Translations under genes and position numbers: made by a program
Notes under the pieces: model-generated
Databases searched by the model: none
What the model saw: the letters and a program-made list of their open reading frames with translations, nothing else
What the model was told of the DNA's origin: nothing
Virus record (IMG/VR): IMGVR_UViG_3300005077_000097
Coordinates: 1-25,741 of that record
Strand: one strand, 5' to 3'
Length of the DNA stretch: 25,741 nucleotides
DNA from: a virus
Lineage: Duplodnaviria; Caudoviricetes
Part shown: positions 1 through 7,507 of the stretch, piece after piece
Numbering within the stretch: the first letter of the stretch is position 1
Layout: every line of letters begins with the position of its first letter

Positions 1-1
1 A

Positions 2-406
2 ACTAAAGCCAAGTGGGAACAGGAGAAAGAGAAAGCCCGCCAAGTCACCATTGCTCAACAGGGATATGAAGTGCAAGAACTGGAGGCTAAACAAAGATTG
101 CGAGTCGCTCAACTAGATCGTGAGGCGGCTGAGCAAACTAAGCTGAAAGAGATTGCCTTGGGTGAAGGTGAGTCGAAAAGGCGTACTTTACTTATGCAGG
201 CAGATAATGCGTTGGAAGTTAAACTTCGGGCGTGGCTTAAAGCCCAAGAGTTATATGCTGACGCGATCAGCAAGCAACGGTGGGTACCTGAAATCCAAAT
301 GGGCACTACCAATACCCAGGGAAATAGTGCCCTTAACCTTGTGGATCTATTAACCGCCAAGACCGCAAAAGACTTGGGCTTAGATCTCACAATGCCTAAG
401 AAGTAG
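2..406 (+). CDS. SPFH/band-7 (flotillin-like) domain protein, C-terminal part; 5'-truncated by the window
   Basis: Frame is open from base 2 (TKAKWEQEKEKARQVTIAQQGYEVQ...). The A/E/Q/K-rich coiled coil ends in 'LEVKLRAWLKAQELYADAI...WVPEIQMG...AKDLGLDL', typical of phage SPFH protein tails. Confidence 0.6.
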   Translation, partial: TKAKWEQEKEKARQVTIAQQGYEVQELEAKQRLRVAQLDREAAEQTKLKEIALGEGESKRRTLLMQADNALEVKLRAWLKAQELYADAISKQRWVPEIQMGTTNTQGNSALNLVDLLTAKTAKDLGLDLTMPKK

Positions 407-485
407 TTTTGAGCTTACTCCTCAAGTCGGGGCGGATTCTTAACCCCTTTCTGTCTGCCTAGGCTTGAGGAGTATTTTATTAGAT

Positions 486-713
486 ATGAAATGGTCTGAA
501 GACTTTCAATATTTCGCAAGGTGTCCGAATTGTGGTATAGTAGCCGAATTGACTGTATCTGAATTGACTAGTTACTATTATTATTGCAGGCCTGTATTCT
601 GTGAGAACTGTGATAAAATGTTTTATGCAATAAAAGACCCTGTCACATGTCTCCTGTGTGACGAATGTATTTCACCTAAATCACTCATTTTTCGGGTGAA
701 AAAAGAATTGTAG
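486..713 (+). CDS. Small Cys-rich metal-binding protein
   Basis: Motifs CPNC, CENC and CLLCDEC. GAGGAG lies upstream; the start may be ATG 486 or TTG 465. Confidence 0.6.
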   Translation: MKWSEDFQYFARCPNCGIVAELTVSELTSYYYYCRPVFCENCDKMFYAIKDPVTCLLCDECISPKSLIFRVKKEL

Positions 714-743
714 TTGAACAATTTCATTGGAAAGAGAACTTGT

Positions 744-822
744 GGTGGTCGTAGCTTAAATGGACTAGAGCGTCGGGTTGTGGCCCCGAAGAATACGAAT
801 TCGAATTTCGTCGACCACACCA
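744..822 (+). tRNA. tRNA-His (GTG) with G-1, A73 and encoded CCA
   Basis: Acceptor stem GTGGTCG/CGACCAC; anticodon arm TCGGG-TT GTG GC-CCCGA; T arm ACGAA-TTCGAAT-TTCGT; ends ACCA. Confidence 0.92.
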
Positions 823-826
823 ACTC

Positions 827-861
827 GAAGGGTTGGGGTTCTTTTTGGATCACAACCCTTC
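827..861 (+). promoter_or_regulatory. Stem-loop between tRNA-His and the HNH gene
   Basis: GAAGGGTTG (827-835) pairs with CAACCCTTC (853-861), extended by GGTTC/GGATC. Confidence 0.5.
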
Positions 862-872
862 AAATTTTTTAT

Positions 873-1316
873 ATGGAAACCAAAATTTGCAAGCGGTGTG
901 GGTTTGAAAAGTCAATTGAACTTTTCAATCAAAATGGTCAAGGCGGAAAGCAGTCATATTGTAAGAACTGTAAAGGAGCTGAGTGGTCTGAATGGTATGC
1001 TAGAAATGGGAATCGTGAAAGGTTCCTTAAGAAAACTTATGAACATCATGTTAAGCATCGCCTCGCTAATCGGCAGCGGCTCCTAACTTATTTACAAGAC
1101 CATCCTTGTGTCGATTGCGGAGAAACTGATCCTGTTGTATTAGTCTTTGATCATGTTAGGGGCGTTAAGGAGTTTAACATTTCAACAAAAAGCGCGACTT
1201 CATCCTGGAAAAGAATCCTCAGGGAGATCGAAAAATGTGAAGTGAGATGTTCTAATTGTCACTTAAGACGCCATGCATGCGAAGAAAATTGGTATAACGG
1301 TTTGATTAATCAATAA
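873..1316 (+). CDS. HNH endonuclease (free-standing, homing-type) with N-terminal Zn finger
   Basis: CKRC...CKNC, then PCVDCGETDPVVLVFDHV...EIEKCEVRCSNCH. ATG 873 is preferred because the longer ORF overlaps the tRNA. Confidence 0.88.
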   Translation: METKICKRCGFEKSIELFNQNGQGGKQSYCKNCKGAEWSEWYARNGNRERFLKKTYEHHVKHRLANRQRLLTYLQDHPCVDCGETDPVVLVFDHVRGVKEFNISTKSATSSWKRILREIEKCEVRCSNCHLRRHACEENWYNGLINQ

Positions 1317-1318
1317 TG

Positions 1319-1340
1319 TCGAATTTCGCCGATCACACCA
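1319..1340 (+). repeat. Direct repeat of the tRNA-His 3' end (T-loop to CCA)
   Basis: TCGAATTTCGCCGATCACACCA versus TCGAATTTCGTCGACCACACCA at 801-822: 20/22 identical. Confidence 0.85.
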
Positions 1341-1357
1341 AATTTGAGGAGAGAGGT

Positions 1358-1543
1358 ATGGATCTGGAATACGCAAAAGAAAAATTAAAAAAAGCCGGTC
1401 TTCGAGCTCTCGCAATCAGCGGGCTTGCCGGGGCCTATCTTGTAATTGCCTCTCTAGGATCCTTTGTGATTTCGGTAACCCCTAAGTGGTTTATCTCCGC
1501 TGCTCTCTTCTCTTTCTTGGCGTACATCCTGTTTAAGGATTGA
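1358..1543 (+). CDS. Small membrane protein (2 TM)
   Basis: Strong SD (GAGGAGAGAGG) before ATG 1358; two hydrophobic stretches. Confidence 0.65.
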   Translation: MDLEYAKEKLKKAGLRALAISGLAGAYLVIASLGSFVISVTPKWFISAALFSFLAYILFKD

Positions 1544-1580
1544 ATTGTCAGCTTTTTTTAAAAAGCCCTTTTATTTAGCC

Positions 1581-1610
1581 TTGATTTTTTCCCTTAGAAG
1601 CCATTATAAT
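1581..1610 (+). promoter_or_regulatory. Sigma70-like promoter
   Basis: TTGATT-18 nt-TATAAT in an AT-rich intergenic gap. Confidence 0.55.
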
Positions 1611-1629
1611 ATTATTAGAAAATAAATGA

Positions 1630-2013
1630 GTGATGTTTAATATGGAATGCCTCCGGTGTGGTTATTGTTGCTGCTTTTATGATGTGATAATTATATCGCC
1701 CGACGCGATTGATGCGTCGGGGAATGTTGACTTCAATAATGACAGAAGTTATCAACACAAACCTACAGGTGAGCAATGTCCTCATCTTAGCTGGGAAAAC
1801 GATATCGCAAGTTGTGGTATCCACGAGCACTCCTGGTTTCGTAAAACGCCTTGTCACGCTTTCACGCAGATTGGAGACCACGGGGCGCCGTGTAGGATGG
1901 GCTTCTATATTAGGGGAAGATGCATTGATATACGTGAGCGCTTAAAAGCATTTCAGAGGGTCTCATATGAAAACTTCACCCAAAACGAAGACCAGCTCGA
2001 AGCCGAGGGGTAG
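1630..2013 (+). CDS. YkgJ-like CxxCxxCC cysteine-cluster (Zn/Fe-S) protein
   Basis: CLRCGYCC...CPHL...CGIHE...PC pattern. Confidence 0.7.
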   Translation: MMFNMECLRCGYCCCFYDVIIISPDAIDASGNVDFNNDRSYQHKPTGEQCPHLSWENDIASCGIHEHSWFRKTPCHAFTQIGDHGAPCRMGFYIRGRCIDIRERLKAFQRVSYENFTQNEDQLEAEG

Positions 2014-2314
2014 ACGTAGAACTGAATTAACTGAAAAAGTTTTAGCTTGTGCGGAGCAGTTCGGAGTGACAAGAAGAACTGCGTATAGGTGGGCACTAGA
2101 GAATGATTTAGAGCTATCGAACCTTGAGTTTAACCGCGACGATTATTATCGAGCTTGTGATATTGTAAAGATGCTGCAAGTTTCAAGGAGCTGGGTGTAT
2201 TATCATTACTACGAAGGGCATTACACCGGCTTCAAGCTTTCCGATCACATTCTCTTGATCGAGAAGAAATCGTTCCACCACTTTCTAGAGAATGCAATCG
2301 TAGGTACATTATAG
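1967..2314 (+). CDS. Helix-turn-helix DNA-binding protein (two HTH units; second excisionase-like)
   Basis: 'AEQFGVTRRTAYRW' and 'DIVKMLQVSRSWVY...LLIEKKSF'. Confidence 0.7.
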   Translation: MKTSPKTKTSSKPRGRRRTELTEKVLACAEQFGVTRRTAYRWALENDLELSNLEFNRDDYYRACDIVKMLQVSRSWVYYHYYEGHYTGFKLSDHILLIEKKSFHHFLENAIVGTL

Positions 2315-2316
2315 TT

Positions 2317-2394
2317 GGGGGATTGGCGGAATTAGGCATACGCGCATGCCTTAGAAGCATGATTCTGGAGGTTCAAGTCCTCTATCCCCTACCA
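2317..2394 (+). tRNA. tRNA-Leu (TAG) with short variable loop
   Basis: Acceptor GGGGGAT/ATCCCCT; Leu-type D loop (GCGGAATTAGGCATACGC); anticodon arm CATGC-CT TAG AA-GCATG; T arm GGAGG-TTCAAGT-CCTCT; ends ACCA. Confidence 0.88.
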
Positions 2395-2413
2395 ATTCTT
2401 GAGGAGCGCAATA

Positions 2414-2719
2414 ATGGGAGCTGAGACGAGTAATCGCATACTCTTTTATTGTAAGTGTACTCGATGTGATGAATTGATTCCAGTCTCCCTAGATTCAGTA
2501 CGTTCCGGTGAACTGCTAAAGTCATTTATTGATAGTAGTAGTTATTGTTTTGGAGTCCCCTGCCCTGCATGCAGGGGACAGTTTATTGCTACAGTCGGTA
2601 ACCCCAAAGAGTCAAAATGTGGTGAGTGCGAAATTCGAGAACATTGCCTCACTTCAGGCTCGGCAAGTTTATATTGGGTTGATTACGTTAAGCGAGGTAC
2701 AGTAAGCTCTAATTTTTAA
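2414..2719 (+). CDS. Cys-rich protein (CxxC...R..CL family)
   Basis: SD GAGGAG; motifs CTRC, CPAC and CGECEIREHCL. Confidence 0.7.
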   Translation: MGAETSNRILFYCKCTRCDELIPVSLDSVRSGELLKSFIDSSSYCFGVPCPACRGQFIATVGNPKESKCGECEIREHCLTSGSASLYWVDYVKRGTVSSNF

Positions 2720-2749
2720 ACTTACACTCCCATATTAGAGAGGCGCACA

Positions 2750-2962
2750 ATGAGTGAAAAAATCTTTTTTTGTAGTGAGTGTGGTGACGAAATAAGTGAG
2801 GGGAGATATAATTTAGGTTATGATTTATGCTTGGCTTGTGGCGAGCGAGAGGCTCGTAAAGAAACTAAAAAGAAATCTAAGCGTGTGGCATTGGCCTATA
2901 ATAAAGGTCCTTATACCTATACCACTCCGAACGACAACCCGAAAGCGTTAGGAAAAAAATAA
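2750..2962 (+). CDS. DksA/TraR-like C4 zinc-finger protein
   Basis: CSECGDEISEGR...LCLACG; SD GAGG. Confidence 0.65.
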   Translation: MSEKIFFCSECGDEISEGRYNLGYDLCLACGEREARKETKKKSKRVALAYNKGPYTYTTPNDNPKALGKK

Positions 2963-3198
2963 TGTCGGAATGTAGCTCAGTGGCAGAGCGCTGCGTTTGG
3001 GGCGCAGAGGCCGAGATTTCGAAACTCTCCATTCCGACCAAACCTAACTGTGCGGAATGTCCAATTTGCGTGCAGCAATTACACTGCGATAATTGTAAGT
3101 CAAGAATGGACTGCCTGCTCAGTGAAAAGCCTTTATGCTATTTACAGTATCACTGTAATCGAGATTGTCGAGGGTACGAAGTTTTTAAGCGGGTGTAG
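2962..3198 (+). CDS. Cys-rich protein whose reading frame runs through tRNA-Pro
   Basis: ATG overlaps the upstream TAA (TAATG). The part after the tRNA has CAECPIC and CDNCKSRMDCL, like its paralogs. Confidence 0.45.
   Translation: MSECSSVAERCVWGAEAEISKLSIPTKPNCAECPICVQQLHCDNCKSRMDCLLSEKPLCYLQYHCNRDCRGYEVFKRV
2966..3040 (+). tRNA. tRNA-Pro (TGG)
   Basis: Acceptor CGGAATG/CATTCCG (C1-G72); anticodon arm CTGCG-TT TGG GG-CGCAG; ends ACCA; atypical T53. Confidence 0.9.
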
Positions 3199-3264
3199 CT
3201 CAATTGCTAGAGCATCGTCTTTCCAGGGCGGAGGTTGGAAGTTGGAGTCTTCTCACCCGCTCCA
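3189..3264 (+). tRNA. tRNA-Gly (TCC)
   Basis: Acceptor GCGGGTG/CACCCGC; U73 then CCA; anticodon arm TCGTC-TT TCC AG-GGCGG. Confidence 0.9.
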
Positions 3265-3348
3265 GAGTTTTGGCCAGGTTTCGGTTCCATATCATCCCAC
3301 GTTGTAAGAAGGTCGGTTGTAATTCCTCTTTTGCCTTTAACCTTTAGC

Positions 3349-3381
3349 CTCCCTCCTGATCTGGCCCAGGAGGGAGTTTTT
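3349..3381 (+). terminator. Rho-independent terminator
   Basis: 10-bp stem CTCCCTCCTG/CAGGAGGGAG followed by TTTTT. Confidence 0.8.
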
Positions 3382-3398
3382 ATACTGGAATATCTTAA

Positions 3399-3542
3399 AT
3401 GACTTGGCATACAATTATTAGCCTTATCAAAAGTATAACTCGTATAGTTGGCTACATAGGTTTGTTTGAATACTTCTATATCGGGGTCCTATTATTAATC
3501 GGCGCCGAGATTCTAGGTATTGCAGAGGAGATAAAACCTTAA
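3399..3542 (+). CDS. 47-aa membrane protein (not in the ORF track)
   Basis: MTWHTIISLIKSITRIVGYIGLFEYFYIGVLLLIGAEILGIAEEIKP; its stop overlaps the next ATG. Confidence 0.65.
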   Translation: MTWHTIISLIKSITRIVGYIGLFEYFYIGVLLLIGAEILGIAEEIKP

Positions 3543-3708
3543 TGCCTCTCTTACACTGTAAGAAATGTCAACACGAGTGGGAAGGCCCCCCAACTCTAAA
3601 TGTGATTGGTGCAACGCTGAAGGGTATATTTTAGCAGATGAAACTCAATTCGAAAAGTTTGTCAAGGAGCACTTCAAAAAGAAAACCCACAACGTGGTTT
3701 ACATCTGA
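3542..3708 (+). pseudogene. Zn-ribbon protein split by a -1 frameshift at a C6 run
   Basis: MPLLHCKKCQHEWEGP continues in the -1 frame as NSKCDWCNAEGYILADETQFEKF...; C-run at 3586-3591. Confidence 0.5.
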
Positions 3709-4213
3709 TTGGCACTTAGGCCATAGGTCGATTATTGACCATTGTTACAGGCCGTTCAAGAGCATTTCTGAAATGGATGATCTCATCCTCCGAAATTACT
3801 TTGAAGTGGTTCAAAATGATGACACAGTTTACATGTTGGGCGACTTTGCGTGGGCCGCTTTTTATTACCACAGCATTCTGCCCAGCTTACCTGGCAAGAT
3901 TTATTTTATACCCGGAAACCACGATGAAAAAATGTGCAACGTCATTAAACGTCACGTCCATTTACTTACTCGGCTCGAGCATTATAAGATTGACGGATAT
4001 CGAGTTGTTTTAAGTCATTACCCTCTTGAGAGCTGGAATTGGATGAGGTATAATAGTTACCATTTCCACGGACACTGCCATGGAAATGAACATCGAGGTG
4101 AGTTACGGCGCAAACCTCGCCGTTACGACGTTGGAGTTGATGTTTGGGGTTTTAAACCAGTCAGTTTTGAAACTCTGTTAAAGAAGGAACTTTATGCATC
4201 CATGAAGTTTTAA
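3638..4213 (+). CDS. Calcineurin-like metallophosphoesterase
   Basis: Motifs SDWHLGH, LGDF, GNHD, SHYP, HGHCH and DVGVD. Confidence 0.92.
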   Translation: MKLNSKSLSRSTSKRKPTTWFTSDWHLGHRSIIDHCYRPFKSISEMDDLILRNYFEVVQNDDTVYMLGDFAWAAFYYHSILPSLPGKIYFIPGNHDEKMCNVIKRHVHLLTRLEHYKIDGYRVVLSHYPLESWNWMRYNSYHFHGHCHGNEHRGELRRKPRRYDVGVDVWGFKPVSFETLLKKELYASMKF

Positions 4214-4474
4214 AATTTCAAGACAGAAGTCGTTGAGTTGTGGGGGAAGAAAGTTCGCGTTGAATTCTTAAGGCCATTATACTTACCAACAGGCTCCTTA
4301 ATGGGGTGGTTGGCCGTGCTCCAAATAGAAGCTTTCAGTACAAGCGAGGGAGTAAGCGGCTGCCAAATCAATATTTAACTTTTATACCATCCGGATGGAT
4401 GTATAAAATTTATCCCATACCTGGTCCTTAAAAATTCTTGAACTCTATTCCCCCTCCCATTTAGAGAGGATTAC

Positions 4475-4687
4475 ATGGTAACTAAAAAGAAAAAGACTCC
4501 CACGAAGAATGCCCCTGCTCCTCAGGCAGAAGTGCGGGGTTATGGCAATATTCGCCCATGTACCTGTGATCATGAATATCAAGACCGTCTCTACGGTAAA
4601 GGTATGAGGCTACATACAACATGTAAAACTGGCTCGCCCGGCGGTGCAGCGTATCGCTGCACTGTTTGTGGTACAAGAAAGGGGTAA
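4475..4687 (+). CDS. Small Zn-binding hypothetical protein
   Basis: SD GAGAGGA; CTCDHEYQDRLYGKGMRLH...YRCTVCG. Confidence 0.75.
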   Translation: MVTKKKKTPTKNAPAPQAEVRGYGNIRPCTCDHEYQDRLYGKGMRLHTTCKTGSPGGAAYRCTVCGTRKG

Positions 4688-4690
4688 GGA

Positions 4691-5209
4691 ATGGTAATCG
4701 CCGAAGCTTTGACAGCAATTAAAGATTTAGACCGCCGCCGCCGCACTCTTCGTAATCATCTCCGCGACAACGTCTTTGTTCTTCCTGGCCTCACCGCGGA
4801 GGAAATTCCTGACGGGGTTGAAACTCTTCTGGAAGAGTTTAAAGCCGTTATAGAAGAGATAGCCGACCTAAAGGTGAGGATTGTCAAGACCAATGTTATG
4901 ACTAATCTCTCGATTACTAAAGTGGAGGAAGCTGATCCTGTAGAGGTTTCCATACTTGAAGCAATCAAGTTGATGGAGTCTTATCGCGAGCTAGAGCAGC
5001 GGTACAACGACGTAGCTGAATTGATGGAGTCAAAACAAGCTCGCTTCTTCAGCCAAGGAGGATTTAGGAGCGATCAGGCTATTCAGCTAAATCCCAATTT
5101 CATCTCCTCTGCAGCAGAAGTAAGGCTCAAGGCTGGATTTTATCGAACCGGCGCTCGACATATTGAACAAGCTATCATAAAAAAGAATTGGGCTACGGAG
5201 CTGTTATAA
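4691..5209 (+). CDS. DIP1984/DUF6847-like helical protein
   Basis: N-terminal IAEAL, central 'IVKTN', 'SILEAI' and C-terminal 'IIKKNWATELL' match the DIP1984 pattern as I recall it. Confidence 0.7.
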   Translation: MVIAEALTAIKDLDRRRRTLRNHLRDNVFVLPGLTAEEIPDGVETLLEEFKAVIEEIADLKVRIVKTNVMTNLSITKVEEADPVEVSILEAIKLMESYRELEQRYNDVAELMESKQARFFSQGGFRSDQAIQLNPNFISSAAEVRLKAGFYRTGARHIEQAIIKKNWATELL

Positions 5210-5216
5210 TTTATAT

Positions 5217-5294
5217 TGGCGGGTAGCTCAATTTGGTTAGAGCGCCGGCCTTTGAAGTCGGAGGTTGAAAGTTCGAGTCTTTCCCCGCCAGCCA
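5217..5294 (+). tRNA. tRNA-Gln (TTG)
   Basis: Acceptor TGGCGGG/CCCGCCA (U1-A72); G73 then CCA; anticodon arm CCGGC-CT TTG AA-GTCGG. Confidence 0.93.
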
Positions 5295-5305
5295 CTGGTT
5301 TTGAA

Positions 5306-5665
5306 ATGCATGATACTATTTTTCCACCCCACTTGAAGCCTGCTAGTAATCGGGGCCATACTGAATGGTTTTATATATGCCCCCATTGCAATCATATAAT
5401 GTTCATTGTGGGGGAGGACATTTCATCTATAGTCCACGGCAAAAGACCTCAGTATGCTGGTTGGTCATTTCGTGTACCTGAATGTGTACCAACGAGGTGT
5501 AAGCAATGTACGGGTGAATTTATGTTAATCACTCCACGAGCCCGCTGCTCGACTTGTCCGAGGAAGGTGGAATGCCTTACTCGTGGAGTGATTAATTTCA
5601 TGCAACGCAAGATGTTTAAACCTTACTCAGTTATCTATCCAAAACGTAAGACTATTTGGGAATAA
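5306..5665 (+). CDS. Cys-rich protein (CxxC...CL family)
   Basis: Motifs CPHC, CKQC and CSTCPRKVECL. Confidence 0.7.
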   Translation: MHDTIFPPHLKPASNRGHTEWFYICPHCNHIMFIVGEDISSIVHGKRPQYAGWSFRVPECVPTRCKQCTGEFMLITPRARCSTCPRKVECLTRGVINFMQRKMFKPYSVIYPKRKTIWE

Positions 5666-5666
5666 T

Positions 5667-6035
5667 ATGCGAACACACCTATTCTCGGTAACCAAAGATG
5701 ACTTGGAAATTCAAACCTTTAAAGGAAGTGGTCCGGGGGGCCAACATCGTAATAAGGTTGAAACAGCCGTCAGAGTTATACACCCACCTTCTGGCGCGGC
5801 CGGAGAATCACAAAGTGAAAAGAGTCAGCATCGAAACAAGCGAATCGCCTTCCGGAGAATGGCTGAGAGTGGTGCATTTCGTAATTGGGTCAGAGCACGT
5901 GCTCATGAAATTATACAACAGAAAACTTTGGATCAAATAGTCGACGAGTGGATGCAACCTAAAAATATTCGGATTGAAGTTAAAGATGAGCAAGGACGAT
6001 GGATCGAAGCTGACTTGTCAACGCTGCGGGATTGA
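5667..6035 (+). CDS. Class-I release-factor GGQ domain protein (ArfB/PrfH-like peptidyl-tRNA hydrolase)
   Basis: GSGPGGQHRNKVETAVRVIHPPSG...SQHRNK; no codon-recognition domains. Confidence 0.9.
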   Translation: MRTHLFSVTKDDLEIQTFKGSGPGGQHRNKVETAVRVIHPPSGAAGESQSEKSQHRNKRIAFRRMAESGAFRNWVRARAHEIIQQKTLDQIVDEWMQPKNIRIEVKDEQGRWIEADLSTLRD

Positions 6036-6195
6036 GATTACTATGGATGAGTTCCTTTGTGCTCGATGTGACATGCGTTTAGACTGTCTTAGTGATGCAC
6101 GTCCCCGATGTCGTAGTCATCTTTGGCTTTGTGAGCCTTGTCAAGTAGCATTGGAAAAATCATTGGGTTATTTATTTGAGGGGGTTGTTGGGTGA
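5986..6195 (+). CDS. Cys-rich protein
   Basis: Motifs CQRC, CARCDMRLDCL and CEPC. Confidence 0.6.
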   Translation: MSKDDGSKLTCQRCGIEITMDEFLCARCDMRLDCLSDARPRCRSHLWLCEPCQVALEKSLGYLFEGVVG

Positions 6196-6213
6196 TCAAG
6201 AGGAGATCACTCA

Positions 6214-6636
6214 GTGGATATTTTAGTTAAGAAAGCGTACCCAAATGCTCAATTACCAAAACGTAGATATGATACAGACGCCGGGTGGGATCTATTTTCA
6301 TACCAAACTTACACCATCAAACCTGGTGAGACCATTAAACTTGATTGTGGCGTTCACGTATGGATTCCTGAAAATCATGTGGGCATCATTTTTCCTAGGT
6401 CTTCCTGGAGACAAAAAGGGTTGCTTTGCCAAGCTGTTTTTGATCATGGCTACACTGGTTTAGCTCAACCCTTTACAACTAATACCTCTAATAAGGAAGT
6501 TGTTGTCCAAGCGGAAGAGCGAGTTCTTCAATTGATGTTCATTCCAGTCGCTTTGGAGGGAGAAGTTTTTGAAGTTGATGAATTCCCCGAAACGCAAAGA
6601 GGAGAGAGTGGCGCCGGCAGTACCGGGAGATTTTAA
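6214..6636 (+). CDS. dut: Trimeric dUTPase
   Basis: DAGWDL, PRSS, DHGYTG, ERVLQL and RGESGAGSTG motifs. Confidence 0.95.
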   Translation: MDILVKKAYPNAQLPKRRYDTDAGWDLFSYQTYTIKPGETIKLDCGVHVWIPENHVGIIFPRSSWRQKGLLCQAVFDHGYTGLAQPFTTNTSNKEVVVQAEERVLQLMFIPVALEGEVFEVDEFPETQRGESGAGSTGRF

Positions 6637-6643
6637 AAGCACG

Positions 6644-6910
6644 GTGGATGCATTTTTACTATGTCCAATGTGTCACAAAATTAGTGGTGTTCATGTTTAC
6701 TATGCACATCCTAATAGTGGATATGGTAGACTGATGAGATCATTTCTTCGAGGCTCTGTTCTTGTATTAGCACCCAGAAGTTGTTACCATTGCGGCTTTG
6801 TATTTACTGCCTGTTGTCGGGTGAAGTGCCCAGAGGATTGTGAATTACGTATTGATTGTCTTCTTAGTTTTGAAAAGGTTGTACAGGTGACACATGAGGT
6901 AAAGCTTTAA
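6644..6910 (+). CDS. Cys-rich protein; tandem paralog of 6911-7195
   Basis: CPMC...CYHC...CCRVKCPEDCELRIDCL. GTG 6644 aligns with the paralog's start. Confidence 0.7.
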   Translation: MDAFLLCPMCHKISGVHVYYAHPNSGYGRLMRSFLRGSVLVLAPRSCYHCGFVFTACCRVKCPEDCELRIDCLLSFEKVVQVTHEVKL

Positions 6911-7195
6911 ATGGATATGCCTTTAAAATGTCCTGGATGTAATAAGATTGGAATGGTTAAAGTTTGGTACACTTACAAAAATAGAAGTGTCCTCAGAAGA
7001 ACCTTTGTACCTGGGCGAGTTGAAACTTTAGCTGAGACTCAATGTAGGTCATGCCATACCAAGTTCACTATGTGTTGCCGCAGTGAGTGTCCTGAAGATT
7101 GTGATTTGCGGGTACAATGCTTATCGATTGAGAATATTGTGCACATCAATAACATCAAACCAGAGACTGAGTTTGAGTTTAAACTTATAATGTAA
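6911..7195 (+). CDS. Cys-rich protein; tandem paralog of 6644-6910
   Basis: CPGC...CRSC...CCRSECPEDCDLRVQCL. Confidence 0.72.
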   Translation: MDMPLKCPGCNKIGMVKVWYTYKNRSVLRRTFVPGRVETLAETQCRSCHTKFTMCCRSECPEDCDLRVQCLSIENIVHINNIKPETEFEFKLIM

Positions 7196-7200
7196 AGGAG

Positions 7201-7485
7201 GTGCATGTGAGAGTTGTAGCAATTGCGTGTGTAAAGGATGGTGCTGTCTACTCCTTTGGTGCTGGTACTTATGTGGGAGATGAGGTTCCGCCGCCTGAAG
7301 TCATCGGTCCTTTTGGGCAAGTAATTTTGCCTAACCCAAAAATCGAATTGGATTCAGGGGAAGTTGTTTGGGGCTGTGAATGCTATTGGGGCCCCGAAAA
7401 AAAGATGCGCGAACGGTTTTTCCCGGAAGATGCTGTTGTAAAGGAGATCACGCCCCAGCAATACCGCAAAAGAGAATTACCTTAA
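7201..7485 (+). CDS. Hypothetical phage protein
   Basis: SD AAGGAG; GTYVGDEVPP...NPKIELDSGEVVWGCECYWG. Confidence 0.75.
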   Translation: MHVRVVAIACVKDGAVYSFGAGTYVGDEVPPPEVIGPFGQVILPNPKIELDSGEVVWGCECYWGPEKKMRERFFPEDAVVKEITPQQYRKRELP

Positions 7486-7507
7486 TCTTATCGTCAGGAG
7501 AATTGTC

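Noticed and set aside
714-872. N-terminal extension of the HNH ORF from TTG 714 (similarly TTG 5216)
   Set aside because: These extensions overlap well-formed tRNAs, and plausible downstream ATG starts exist.
3265-3348. Possible small RNA between tRNA-Gly and the terminator
   Set aside because: No convincing stems or family signature found by eye.
4214-4430. Coding remnant after the phosphoesterase (in-frame continuation past TAA, plus a second startless frame)
   Set aside because: No start codon with SD and no recognisable motif, so I cannot support a call.
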